The position numbers and the translations under genes are program-made. Positions 17,558-27,499 of a stretch of 64,000 bases of DNA are shown here, one piece after another. Under the pieces are notes generated by a model, which saw nothing but the letters and a program-made list of their open reading frames with translations, was not told the origin of the DNA and made no database searches. This stretch comes from Candidatus Bathyarchaeia archaeon (GTDB lineage Archaea > Thermoproteota > Bathyarchaeia > Bathyarchaeales > Bathycorpusculaceae): NCBI GenBank assembly GCA_038883855.1, contig JAVZLH010000003.1, forward strand, positions 1-64,000, read 5' to 3'. Each line of letters begins with the position of its first letter. Positions within the stretch are counted from its first letter, which is position 1.

Positions 17558-17639
17558 AATCAAAACCTACAAAGTTTAGCAAGGCCAAATAACATAATCT
17601 GGCAGATAACGTTGCGCCAGAACATGGAGTGTTTACAAG

Positions 17640-18266
17640 TTGCAATTTCACTTAAGCCTTGAAGAGGGAAAATTGCTTGTCAAACTTGCACGTGAAGCCG
17701 TAGAGGAGTATCTGAAAACTGGGAAAAAAATAAGCGTCCCGAAAGATATTTCAAAAAAACTTCTTCAGCCATGCGGAGTTTTCGTCACAATAAATAGTGT
17801 AAGGAATGATGAAAAGGAGTTGAGAGGATGCATTGGCTACCCCTACCCGACTACCCCGTTGGCTCAGGCGGTTATAGAGTCAGCCATAAGCTCAGCGACC
17901 CAAGACCCTAGGTTTTACCCGCTCTCGTTAAGCGAACTTAACCATGTGGTTTTTGAAGTAAGCGTGCTAACTCCACCAGAATTAATCCGCGTCAACAAAA
18001 CAAATGAGTATCCCTCTAAAATCAAAATTGGGGAAGACGGTTTGATTGTTGAAAGAGGCTTATTTAAAGGCTTGCTTCTGCCGCAAGTACCCGTGGAGTG
18101 GGAATGGGACGAAGAAGAGTTCTTATGCCAGTGCTGCATAAAGGCAGGCTTACCTCCTGATAGTTGGCTGCTAAAGGACACAAAGATCTACAAATTTCAA
18201 GCCATAATCTTTGAAGAGGAAAAGCCGAACGGAGAGGTGAAACGCAAAACCCTTGGCGGGAAATAA
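17640..18266 (+). CDS. AMMECR1-domain protein
   Basis: GVFVT...LRGCIGYP...DPRF...GLLLPQV. Confidence 0.95.
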   Translation: MQFHLSLEEGKLLVKLAREAVEEYLKTGKKISVPKDISKKLLQPCGVFVTINSVRNDEKELRGCIGYPYPTTPLAQAVIESAISSATQDPRFYPLSLSELNHVVFEVSVLTPPELIRVNKTNEYPSKIKIGEDGLIVERGLFKGLLLPQVPVEWEWDEEEFLCQCCIKAGLPPDSWLLKDTKIYKFQAIIFEEEKPNGEVKRKTLGGK

Positions 18267-18270
18267 GCCC

Positions 18271-19458
18271 ATGCGGGTTTATTTTGCTCCGTGCGGCATC
18301 GGCTTAGGGCATGTTGGAAGATGCGTTCCCATAGCCAAGAAACTTTTAGATGAGGGTGTTGAAGTAGTTTTTTCCACCTATCGCGAAGGCATACGTTACA
18401 TTGAACGAGAAAAACTTCCCTTAATAAAGGCTCCACCAATAGGCTTTCAAGTTAAGCCCGATGGAACTGTGGATTTTAAGCAAACGGCGGTAAATCCCGG
18501 TCCTTTTTTGGCTTCTTTTACCCTTTTAAAGCAGATTAACGCTGAAATAAGGTTTATTGAGAGCTTTAAACCAGATGTCGTTGTTTCAGATTCTCGAGCT
18601 TCACCAATTTTGGCGGCAAGAGTTTTAGGGATTCCGAGAATCTGCATACTAAACCAGTTTCAAGTTATAATACCAAGAAAGAAACGTTTTCTTCGCCTAG
18701 CAAAATTTGCGGATTCAATAACGCTGACCCTCATCGGGAAAATATGGACTAGCGGAAACACTGTTTTAATTCCAGACTTCCCGCCGCCCTATACCATTTG
18801 CGCTGGAAACTTAACAATTCCAAAATCCTACAGAAAATGTGTAAAATTGATAGGCCCAATTTTAGAGGTTAGACCAGAGGAACTGCCAACGCAGGAGGAA
18901 CTGCGAAAAGAGTTGCAACTGCCACTGGATAAGCCAGTTCTTTTTGTTCCCATAAGCGGCCCAATCAGAGAAAGGGCTTTTTTCATTGGGATTTTGAGAA
19001 AAATTTTGCTAAACTTTCCAGAAGATTATGAAATTGTTATGTCTCTCGGCTATCCAAACGCCGACACCGACCCATCGCGCCACGGCAATCTAACGATTTA
19101 TAAATGGATTCCGAATCGTTTCGAATACCTAAAGGCTTGCGACCTTGTTATTGGACGCGCTGGACATGGAACTCTAACGCAGTGCTTGTGTTATGGGAAG
19201 CCAATGATCCTTGTGCCTACGCCGAGCCACACGGAACAGCTTTGGAATGCGATACAAGCCGAAAAGCTTGGCGTTGCAGAAATCCTTCAACAAAAGGAAT
19301 TAACAAGAGAGAAACTTCTAAAAAACGTTAAACAGATTTTAGAGGGTGAAATGCCTGAAAGACTTAGAAGAATTCAGAAAGAAGTGGCAGAATATGATGG
19401 CTTAGGGAACGCGGTAAAAGCCGTGATTGAAACGGCGGAAAATGGGCAAGTATTTTAA
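18271..19458 (+). CDS. Glycosyltransferase (GT28/MurG-like, MJ1255-type)
   Basis: CGIGLGHVGR, RAGHGTL, HTEQ..NA. Confidence 0.85.
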   Translation: MRVYFAPCGIGLGHVGRCVPIAKKLLDEGVEVVFSTYREGIRYIEREKLPLIKAPPIGFQVKPDGTVDFKQTAVNPGPFLASFTLLKQINAEIRFIESFKPDVVVSDSRASPILAARVLGIPRICILNQFQVIIPRKKRFLRLAKFADSITLTLIGKIWTSGNTVLIPDFPPPYTICAGNLTIPKSYRKCVKLIGPILEVRPEELPTQEELRKELQLPLDKPVLFVPISGPIRERAFFIGILRKILLNFPEDYEIVMSLGYPNADTDPSRHGNLTIYKWIPNRFEYLKACDLVIGRAGHGTLTQCLCYGKPMILVPTPSHTEQLWNAIQAEKLGVAEILQQKELTREKLLKNVKQILEGEMPERLRRIQKEVAEYDGLGNAVKAVIETAENGQVF

Positions 19459-19481
19459 ACTGTCTGTTTATAAGTGAATAT

Positions 19482-20345
19482 ATGTTCTTGCCGCGGAAAA
19501 TCTTGGAGGAAAAACTTCTAAGAATACTCGCCGAGGACGTGGGACAAGGGGACATAACCACAGAGTTAACTATTCCCGAAGGGCGCGTGGCGGAAGCTGA
19601 AGTAATAGCTAAGGAAGACGGTGTTGTCGCTGGAATTGAAGAAGCGAAAATTCTACTGGAAAGTTTAGGACTTAAGGTTGAGGCATTAACCTCTGACGGA
19701 GAAAGCGTGAAGGCGAAAGAGATTTTACTGAAAATTCGTGGAGATGCTAAAACAATTCTCGCCGCGGAACGCACTCTCTTAAACCTTCTATCGCGAATGA
19801 GCGGGATAGCAACAACCACAAGAAATCTGGTGAAAAAAATCCAAAAAGCTGGTCCCAAAACAAAAGTTGCGTGTACAAGAAAAACTGCTCCCGGCCTCCT
19901 CTACTTTGATAAAAAAGCTGTCTTGGTAGGAGGTGGCGACACCCATAGACTTCATTTGGATGACATGGTTTTGATAAAGGACAACCACATCGCCATAGTT
20001 GGTAGCGTTGAAGAAGCAGTAAAAAGGGCTAAGGAAGGCTGCTCTTTTAGCAAGAAAATTGAAGTTGAAGTAACAACAGTGGAAGAAGCCTTAACTGCCG
20101 CGAAGGCTGGAGCTGACATAATAATGCTGGATAACTTCTCTCCAACCCAGATAAAAGAGGCGATTGCGCAGTTAGAGAAAGCTGGTTTTTATGATAAAGT
20201 TCTACTTGAGGCAAGCGGCGGAATAACAGCAGAAAACATTGTTGAATATGCGTCAACAGGCGTCGACATCGTAAGCCTCGGAGAAATAACACACAGCCCG
20301 AAAACACTAGACATAAGCCTTGAAATTGTGAAATTACAAAAATAA
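19482..20345 (+). CDS. nadC: Nicotinate-nucleotide diphosphorylase (carboxylating)
   Basis: TRKTAPG, HRLHL.D..LIKDNH, IMLDN, EASGG. Confidence 0.96.
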   Translation: MFLPRKILEEKLLRILAEDVGQGDITTELTIPEGRVAEAEVIAKEDGVVAGIEEAKILLESLGLKVEALTSDGESVKAKEILLKIRGDAKTILAAERTLLNLLSRMSGIATTTRNLVKKIQKAGPKTKVACTRKTAPGLLYFDKKAVLVGGGDTHRLHLDDMVLIKDNHIAIVGSVEEAVKRAKEGCSFSKKIEVEVTTVEEALTAAKAGADIIMLDNFSPTQIKEAIAQLEKAGFYDKVLLEASGGITAENIVEYASTGVDIVSLGEITHSPKTLDISLEIVKLQK

Positions 20346-20400
20346 AAAGTAAAAAGTGGTGAACGAACAGATTTACCGTTGAATAAATTGTTATTGGTTA

Positions 20401-20937
20401 TTATATCATCGCAGTTTCTATAACTGCAGCTACAGCAAGCAACACTGCACAAATGGAAATGAAAATGCTGGCATTCACAAGCTCATTTTTTCCTCTCCGC
20501 TGCAATATACGCCTAACCAACCATATGCTCTCAGCGATAGCGGTTGAATAAGCCAAGAATTCCAGCCACGCAACCGGAGTCAAGAATAGAAGTAAAAAGA
20601 CTAAGGTTGGAGGAGCATTTTGTGCTGTTGCAAGAGCCGAAATCACCACCCCAGTGTTATAAAATACGTAACCTCCAAAAAAAGGACCGAAGATTGGAAT
20701 GAACATTATGAGGGTTATCATGAAGTTGTTTCCGAAAATGAAATGCAATACTAAGTTTTTTTCTTTCAACAAATTAATTGTTTGCTCAAGGTCATTGCTT
20801 GTTTCTATAGCTTCGTGCTCCTCGACTGGTGTTAGTACTCCTACGGCGGTTATTATGATGGAGGCAACGAACACCATGATTATTGATATGATTCTTTTGT
20901 TGCGTGGTGAAGCTTTTTTCCAGAAATCTAAGCTCAT
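20401..20937 (-). CDS. SpoIIM/DUF95-like membrane protein
   Basis: IFGNN...P.AWLEFLAYS...LLAVAAVIE. Confidence 0.8.
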   Translation of the reverse strand: MSLDFWKKASPRNKRIISIIMVFVASIIITAVGVLTPVEEHEAIETSNDLEQTINLLKEKNLVLHFIFGNNFMITLIMFIPIFGPFFGGYVFYNTGVVISALATAQNAPPTLVFLLLFLTPVAWLEFLAYSTAIAESIWLVRRILQRRGKNELVNASIFISICAVLLAVAAVIETAMI

Positions 20938-20947
20938 GTTTGCTCAC

Positions 20948-21645
20948 TTACCTCATGGTATTGGGTGTTATTTTCAATGCTCTGAAACCTCTTGCAACTG
21001 GGTTTAACATTTCTGTCATATTAACCTTTTCAAAACTTCTTCAGAATCTTCTGCGTACCCCCACATATTATGTTCTGCAGCCATAAGAGAGTAAAGATAG
21101 ACTCTTTTCTCAGCCCACCCTTGGCTGACATTTTGATGGAAGCCCGAGCAAGACTTCTCTATTTTCATCGGCAGCTTTTTGCAAGCGTACAATATCGCAT
21201 GAGCCCCGGATGTTAGTTCCGCTATTCTCACGGGGATGCTTTCTTTCCCTATCGCCAAAACTTTAACTCCATATTTTTGTCTGATTTCGCCGCTGATTTT
21301 TCTAAGCCGAGGCAAAATTTTTAGTAGGTGCCGTTTTGCCTTATTGGATATTTTCATCGACGAAAATTGGATTGGAGAAAACTCTTCAAGGAAGACGCTG
21401 CCCAACGACATATCCAAGTGGACAACATCCGCCTTAACTTTTTCAAGTAAATCCTTGCAAAGCTCCGCCTCATGCACTATGACTTCGTATCCATTTTGTG
21501 CATTCGCAAAAATAGGCTTAGCCAAACATATGCTTGGCTCTCTATATGGGGGATTTACAAGAACGGATGCTGTCGCAATAATTGATAAGGGCTCGAACTT
21601 TTCATTCAAAATAGCTGCTGAAGAATCTGCAGCAACAATCCTCAA
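20948..21645 (-). pseudogene. DUF4152-family protein with frameshifts (or sequencing indels)
   Basis: RIVAADSSAAILNE..EP, VVHLDMSLG, AIGKESIPVRIAEL. The C-terminus is recoverable only with about three single-base shifts, ending ...MLNPVARGFRALKITPNTMR*. Confidence 0.7.
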
Positions 21646-21680
21646 ATTTTCGCCTCAGACATATATAGACTGTTCAGAAT

Positions 21681-22304
21681 TTAGCTTTGTTGCTTTTCAA
21701 TTTTCGCGTGCATCCCCAAAATGAACAATTCTGAGCTTTTAGCTCGACTTGCCTTAGGCTTAATCACTCTAACAACTTCAAAATGTTTTTTCATTTCTTC
21801 AACAAAGTCATGGAGCATGTCGCCTTCAAAAACTTTTACAAAAAAGTTTCCACGGGGACGAAGCGTCTCTAAAGCTATTTTTAACGCTTGCTGCGCCAAA
21901 TCTATTTGACGAGCATGGTCAACTTCCCATATTCCAGAAATGTTCGGCGAAACATCAGAAAGCACGACATCAGCCTTTTTTGGAAGATTCTCAAGAATTT
22001 GCTGGAATGTTTCTTGCTCGGTTACGTCGCCAATTATTGTTCTGATATTGCTTTCTTCAAAAGGTTCTATTGGTTTCAAGTCAACGCCGAGAACAAACCC
22101 CCTTTTCCCAACAATTTTTCTTGCTGCCTGAATCCATCCTCCAGGGGCGGCTCCCAAATCGATGATCACGTCGCCTTCTTTCATGATGCGATATTTTTCT
22201 ACAGCTTGGAATAGCTTATAAGCCGCTCTAGAACGGTATTTTTCCTCTTTAGCCTTTTTATAATAATAATCTCTTTTTCTGTCCTGAAGCCATGCCTTTG
22301 GCAA
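21681..22304 (-). CDS. rlmE: 23S rRNA Um2552 methyltransferase
   Basis: YRSRAAYKL, DLGAAPGGW, KPKASR..SSE. Confidence 0.96.
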   Translation of the reverse strand: MPKAWLQDRKRDYYYKKAKEEKYRSRAAYKLFQAVEKYRIMKEGDVIIDLGAAPGGWIQAARKIVGKRGFVLGVDLKPIEPFEESNIRTIIGDVTEQETFQQILENLPKKADVVLSDVSPNISGIWEVDHARQIDLAQQALKIALETLRPRGNFFVKVFEGDMLHDFVEEMKKHFEVVRVIKPKASRAKSSELFILGMHAKIEKQQS

Positions 22305-22306
22305 AA

Positions 22307-22684
22307 CTAACTATCACCCAGTGCGCCAGAACCGCCTTCTGCTATGGTAATAAGCCATTCCGTAAGTTTTTCGCAGTTCTGAGGCGAAATTGTGCTTGAA
22401 GGGTCGCATCTTGAGTTGTCTGGGCATAATAGACATGGGCACCCAGCTATGGAGTCTATTGACGCTGGAACCCTCTTTGGATAAAGCCTATAAGTCCATC
22501 TTCCATCACGGAGCTCCTTCTCTCTGCGAATAAGCCCTTTGTCTTCAAGTTTCATGGCTATTCGAGAGCCTTCCCTACTGCTTGCACCAAGTTTTCGCCA
22601 CAGCTCTGACTGCAACAGCCCCTCAAATCCTGTATTCATTATGATTTGAAGAGCTTTCTGTTCTAAATCATTGCGCTTTGGCAT
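22307..22684 (-). CDS. tfeB: TFE beta subunit (RPC34/C39-like, wHTH plus Fe-S)
   Basis: wHTH (LLQSELWRKL..SSREGSRI) plus C-terminal PCLLC-x5-C-x-SP-x2-C..LTEW cluster motif. Confidence 0.8.
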   Translation of the reverse strand: MPKRNDLEQKALQIIMNTGFEGLLQSELWRKLGASSREGSRIAMKLEDKGLIRREKELRDGRWTYRLYPKRVPASIDSIAGCPCLLCPDNSRCDPSSTISPQNCEKLTEWLITIAEGGSGALGDS

Positions 22685-22783
22685 TTTCCACCAGTCCGAG
22701 TCTTCTAGTTAATATATTCCAATTTTTAAATAAAAAGATGTATGCTTCAAAAATTCGAAAAGAGACATTGAAGGATTAGGGTA

Positions 22784-23809
22784 ATGAAAGAAAAGGCGAG
22801 CAAAATCTACTGTTTAGGAATTGAAAGCACAGCAGATGACTTCAGCGTTGGAATTTCAACGGCGAACGGTGAAATATTAGTAAACATTATAAGTGCTTAT
22901 ACACCTCCTAAAGGAGGAATCCACCCGAGAGAAGCCGCAAGACATCACGCTGAAATTGCAAGCAAAGTTTTGGAAGAAGCCTTCGAAAAATCTGGAATAA
23001 AACCAAAGGACTTAACGGTCATAGCCTTTTCTCAAGGTCCAGGTCTCGGTCCATGCCTCCGTACAGGGGCGACGGTGGCGCGGGCGATGGCTTCCTACCT
23101 TAAAGTTCCATTAGTTGGAGTTAACCATTGTGTGGCGCATATTGAGATAGGAAAATTGAAAACTGGAGCTGTGGACCCTCTAACCCTTTATGTTTCGGGT
23201 GGAAACACCATAGTTTCAGCTTTTGACTCTGGACGCTACAGAGTATTCGGAGAAACTCTAGACATAGCTTTAGGAAACTGCTTGGATGTCTTTGCAAGGG
23301 AGGCTGGGATAAGCCAAGAAATGGGCATGCCCCTCGGCGCCATGGTGGAAAAGCTCGCCACAAAAGGAGAACGCCTTGTCCCTTTACCTTACACTGTTAA
23401 GGGGATGGATATTTCTCTAAGCGGGTTGTTAACAGCTACAGTAAATTTGCTGAAGAAAGGAAAGTATAGACTTGAAGACTTATGCTATAGCCTTCAAGAA
23501 ACAGCTTTTTCCATGGTTACTGAGGTTACGGAGAGAGCCCTAGCCCACATAGAGAAAAAGGAAGTTCTATTGACTGGAGGAGTCGCCGCCAACAAAAGGT
23601 TGCAGTCCATGATCAAGGCTATTGCGGAAGAACATAACGCTACTTTCCATGTTGTTCCCAGCGAGTTCGCAATTGACAATGGCGCCATGATAGCGTGGAC
23701 CGGAGCCCTCGCGTACACTCATGGTTTGGTCACGCCCATTGAGGAAAGTTTTGTCAGGCTTAGGTGGCGTCTCGACGAGGTTGAGGTCCCTTGGATAAAA
23801 TCCAGCTAA
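22784..23809 (+). CDS. kae1: KEOPS t6A synthase Kae1
   Basis: GGIHPREAARHH, GPGLGPCL, NHCVAHIEIG, DNGAMIAW. Confidence 0.96.
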   Translation: MKEKASKIYCLGIESTADDFSVGISTANGEILVNIISAYTPPKGGIHPREAARHHAEIASKVLEEAFEKSGIKPKDLTVIAFSQGPGLGPCLRTGATVARAMASYLKVPLVGVNHCVAHIEIGKLKTGAVDPLTLYVSGGNTIVSAFDSGRYRVFGETLDIALGNCLDVFAREAGISQEMGMPLGAMVEKLATKGERLVPLPYTVKGMDISLSGLLTATVNLLKKGKYRLEDLCYSLQETAFSMVTEVTERALAHIEKKEVLLTGGVAANKRLQSMIKAIAEEHNATFHVVPSEFAIDNGAMIAWTGALAYTHGLVTPIEESFVRLRWRLDEVEVPWIKSS

Positions 23810-24444
23810 TTAAGAAGGGAGCTGAAGCCAGTCTCTATCTTGCGGAGTGGCATGGTAGAAAGGCGATATTAAAGAAGCGTTTACCTAAAAAATATCGTCC
23901 TTCAGCCTTAGACGAGCAAATCAGAACTTACCGAACAGTTCACGAACCGCAACTAATGCATGAGGCGAAAAAAGCTGGGGTTCCAACGCCAACAATTTTC
24001 CTCGTCGACACAAAAGAGAGCATGATAGTTATGGAGTTTATAGAAGGACGGCAAATAAAGCAGTTGTTGGGCGACGTCTCTGCAGAAGAGAGGCAAATCT
24101 TGTGTCTAAAAATTGGCGAGTTAATAGGTAAGCTTCACAAGAAAGGGGTAATTCACGGTGACCTCACGACATCAAACATGATTCTCTCCCCGAAGGGAAA
24201 AATTTTCTTTGTCGATTTCGGGCTTGGAGAAAAAACAAAGGAACTGGAAGCCATGGGAGTTGACTTGCACCTCATGAAAAGAGCCTTACAAAGCGCACAT
24301 TTTAGGTTTGCCGAAGAATGCTTTAACGCAGTGGTCAAGGGCTATTCTGAAGTTTTGGGAGTTGAAGCGGCAAAAAATGTTTTAGACAAAATCAGAGAGA
24401 TAGAGAGGAGAGGGCGTTATGTTGCTGAGAGGAAAGGAAAATAG
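23791..24444 (+). CDS. bud32: KEOPS kinase Bud32
   Basis: GAEA, HGDLTTSN, DFGL, RRGRY. Confidence 0.96.
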   Translation: MDKIQLIKKGAEASLYLAEWHGRKAILKKRLPKKYRPSALDEQIRTYRTVHEPQLMHEAKKAGVPTPTIFLVDTKESMIVMEFIEGRQIKQLLGDVSAEERQILCLKIGELIGKLHKKGVIHGDLTTSNMILSPKGKIFFVDFGLGEKTKELEAMGVDLHLMKRALQSAHFRFAEECFNAVVKGYSEVLGVEAAKNVLDKIREIERRGRYVAERKGK

Positions 24445-24487
24445 TGATTATTGCTTGAGCAAAAGCGTGAGGAAGACGTGAAATAAG

Positions 24488-25072
24488 ATGGGCTTTCAAT
24501 TAAAAGGTAGAGTCATATTCTTTGCGACAAACAACATTAACAAGTTCAACGAAGCTCGTAAAGTATTAGCTGAATATAGTATAGCGGTTGGCATGCTGAG
24601 AGTTAAGGCCTATGAAATTCAAAGCGATAGTCTAGAGGAAATAGCCAAAGCAAGCGCACAACAAGCCTTCGAAAAATGTCATCTTCCAATAATAGTGGAG
24701 GACGCGGGTCTTTTCATAGAAGCCTTAAACGGGTTTCCAGGGCCATACGCCTCCTTTGTATATAAGACAATAGGTAATAAGGGCTTGCTTAAACTTATGG
24801 AAAATGTCAAAAATAGAAAAGCAAAGTTTCAGTCTGTCATAGCCTATCTTTCTGCCGAACTAGAATCACCTTTGTGCTTTAAGAGTGAGGTTACCGGAGA
24901 AGTTACGACGGAAATTCGGAAGGGGGAATCGGGATTTGGCTTTGACCCAATTTTTAAGCCAGAAAACAGCGATAAAACTTTCTCTGAAATGGATATCGTG
25001 GAAAAGAACAAACATTCTCATAGAGCTAAAGCTCTGCGAAAATTCGCTGAGTGGTATAAAAGGGAATATTAA
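24488..25072 (+). CDS. rdgB: Non-canonical purine NTP pyrophosphatase (Ham1)
   Basis: EDAGL...GFPGPY, GFGFDPIF, SHR. Confidence 0.95.
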   Translation: MGFQLKGRVIFFATNNINKFNEARKVLAEYSIAVGMLRVKAYEIQSDSLEEIAKASAQQAFEKCHLPIIVEDAGLFIEALNGFPGPYASFVYKTIGNKGLLKLMENVKNRKAKFQSVIAYLSAELESPLCFKSEVTGEVTTEIRKGESGFGFDPIFKPENSDKTFSEMDIVEKNKHSHRAKALRKFAEWYKREY

Positions 25073-25138
25073 AATTTGACATCGAAGGTTTTAAATATTC
25101 GTCTATCTTCGCTCATACAGAGTTATGGTGCATAAACA

Positions 25139-25579
25139 ATGCCTAAGCAGGAAAAAGGAAAATCTCATCAGATAAGGCCTGTCAGTAGAAGACCGCCGAG
25201 TTGGTGCAAGTATCAGCCTGAAGAAGTTGAAGCTTTAGTGGTTAGGCTTGCAAAAGAGGGCAACTCTCCAAGTCGTATAGGGACAATCCTTAGGGATCAA
25301 TACGCCATTCCATTGGTTAAGCCTATTACAGGCAAAACACTTACGCAAATATTAAAAGAGGCAGGGCTTGCCCCTCCGATTCCTGAAGACCTTGCGGAAC
25401 TGCTTAAGAAAGCTGAAAGGCTGGCTGTGCACCTCGAAAGGAATAAGAAGGACTTGCATAATAAAAGGGCGCTTCAGCTTGTAGAAGCGAAAATTCACAA
25501 GCTTTCAAGGTATTATAAGCGTGAGGGCGTGTTGCCGCCGAACTGGAAATACGAGCCGAAAATAGCTTCATTGGCTTAA
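25139..25579 (+). CDS. rps15: 30S ribosomal protein S15/S13e
   Basis: SPS.IG.ILRDQY, IPEDL, KDLHNKRALQL.EAKI. Confidence 0.96.
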   Translation: MPKQEKGKSHQIRPVSRRPPSWCKYQPEEVEALVVRLAKEGNSPSRIGTILRDQYAIPLVKPITGKTLTQILKEAGLAPPIPEDLAELLKKAERLAVHLERNKKDLHNKRALQLVEAKIHKLSRYYKREGVLPPNWKYEPKIASLA

Positions 25580-25651
25580 CCAGTTTTGGTTAAGAGAATA
25601 TTCTGAAACATTTCAAAATGCTTTAAATAACATTACTTTCTAAGCCTTAAT

Positions 25652-27112
25652 GTGATTGCGATGGCTCTAGATGAAAACCAGATCAGAGGCTTTATTGACG
25701 CGGCTGAAAAAGCAGCAAAAGTTATTTTGGAAAACGTTAAAGAAAATGGATCAATTCATGTTTTTTCGCATTTAGATGCTGATGGTGTTGCGGCGGCTGG
25801 AATTATTGGAAAGGCCTTGTCAAGGCTTGACGCAAAGTTTCGGATAAGGATAACCCAGTGGATTGACGAGAAAATTGTAGGCGAAATAATTTCTGAAAAG
25901 CCAAATCTTGTAATTTTGTCGGATTTTGGAAGCGGCTACCTAAACATGTTAACTGATAAGGTTGCAGACTTCAAAATCGTGATTTTAGATCATCACCAAA
26001 TCATCGGCAAAGAATCAGCGAGTTTTGTGCATGTAAACCCTCATTTGTATGGAATAGATGGAGCGCGGGATTTAAGTGGTTCTGGAGTTGCTTATTTTGT
26101 GGCTAAGGCTCTGGATAAGGTTAATGTTGATTTGGCGCCCATAGCTGTTGTTGGCGCATTGGGAGATATGCAGGACAAGTATGACCAGCGTAAGCTTAGC
26201 GGATTAAATGAAAAAATAGTTGAAGACGCATTAAATGCTGGTTTACTTGCAATCGAGAAAGATTTAGTATTTTTCGGTAGAGAAACTCGCCCAATTCATA
26301 AAACTTTGGCTTCCACGACAAACCCTTTTATTCCAGGCATAAGCGGTGAAGAAGATAAAAGCCTAGCTTTCTTGGTGAGTTTAGACATAAAGCCAAAGTA
26401 TGGGGAGAAGTGGCGAGCATTAAGAGACCTTTCCGAAGAAGAAAAGAAAAGGCTATGCTCAGCCATCGCCGAATACATGCTATCAAAGGGTTTGCATTAT
26501 GAAGTTGCAAACCTTATAGGGCATGTTTATATTTTAACACGAGAAGAACCTTGGACCCCCTTACGAGACGCTAGAGAATTTGCAGTTTTGCTGAATGCAA
26601 CCGGACGCATGGATAAGCCAAGTTTAGGCATTGCCATATGCATGGGCGACAGGGGTTCAGTTCTTGAGGAAGCTGGCAAAGTTTTAGAGGAGTACAGAGG
26701 AACAATAAACAAGTATCTTGGATGGATTATGGAAAAGCCTGAGAGAGTGAAGGAATTAGAGAACATACATGTCGCTTATGGCGAGAATTTCATAGACGAT
26801 AAAATAATAGGTGCAGTATCCTCCATATTGTTGACGAGTCTTCCAAATCCGGAGAAACCCTTAATTGCATACGCAAACGTCGAGGAGGAAAATATAGCGA
26901 AAATTTCTGCAAGAGCCATAGACGCCACAGCAAACAGCGGAGTAAACTTAGGGGAAATTATGAGAGTTGCGGCTGAAAGATGTGGAGGAAACGGCGGAGG
27001 ACATGATGTTGCTGCTGGGGCGCAGATTCCAATAGAGAAGATTGACGAGTTTATAGAGATCGTTAATGATTTGATTGGTAAATGTTTAAGGGGTGTGAAA
27101 ATTGGAAGCTGA
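25652..27112 (+). CDS. RecJ-like DHH phosphoesterase
   Basis: DADG, DFGSG, DHH, GGGHDVAAGA; conserved next to rps15. Confidence 0.92.
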   Translation: MIAMALDENQIRGFIDAAEKAAKVILENVKENGSIHVFSHLDADGVAAAGIIGKALSRLDAKFRIRITQWIDEKIVGEIISEKPNLVILSDFGSGYLNMLTDKVADFKIVILDHHQIIGKESASFVHVNPHLYGIDGARDLSGSGVAYFVAKALDKVNVDLAPIAVVGALGDMQDKYDQRKLSGLNEKIVEDALNAGLLAIEKDLVFFGRETRPIHKTLASTTNPFIPGISGEEDKSLAFLVSLDIKPKYGEKWRALRDLSEEEKKRLCSAIAEYMLSKGLHYEVANLIGHVYILTREEPWTPLRDAREFAVLLNATGRMDKPSLGIAICMGDRGSVLEEAGKVLEEYRGTINKYLGWIMEKPERVKELENIHVAYGENFIDDKIIGAVSSILLTSLPNPEKPLIAYANVEEENIAKISARAIDATANSGVNLGEIMRVAAERCGGNGGGHDVAAGAQIPIEKIDEFIEIVNDLIGKCLRGVKIGS

Positions 27113-27356
27113 AATAATGCTAGAATACGGTGATGACAAGACTGCCAGAGCCATAGCCGAAGCGGTTTCGCCCGACAACTTCAAAACACCAAGCGGCTTA
27201 TTTGTTAAGACAATTAAAAGAGGACGGAAGGTTTTGACTAAGGTTAAATGCTATGATAAGATGACAATGTTCATCGCCACTATTGATGATTTTCTCTTTT
27301 GCATTTCAACAGCAGAAAAAACTCTCAAAGCAACAAAACTTTTTAACGGAAAATGA
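27102..27356 (+). CDS. pcc1: KEOPS subunit Pcc1
   Basis: A.AVSPDN...TIDD; small protein between RecJ-like and serS/S3Ae. Confidence 0.8.
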   Translation: MEAEIMLEYGDDKTARAIAEAVSPDNFKTPSGLFVKTIKRGRKVLTKVKCYDKMTMFIATIDDFLFCISTAEKTLKATKLFNGK

Positions 27357-27499
27357 AGAAAATTAAACGTTTTAATGCCGGATAGACTTCGCTTGAAAGC
27401 AATAGTGGAACCCTAATGACGCGATTTTATCATAAGGTTAATTAGAATTGTTTAAGAGTTTAAGGATTGGGAAACTAAAACAAGCCTACTGCACCCCCC

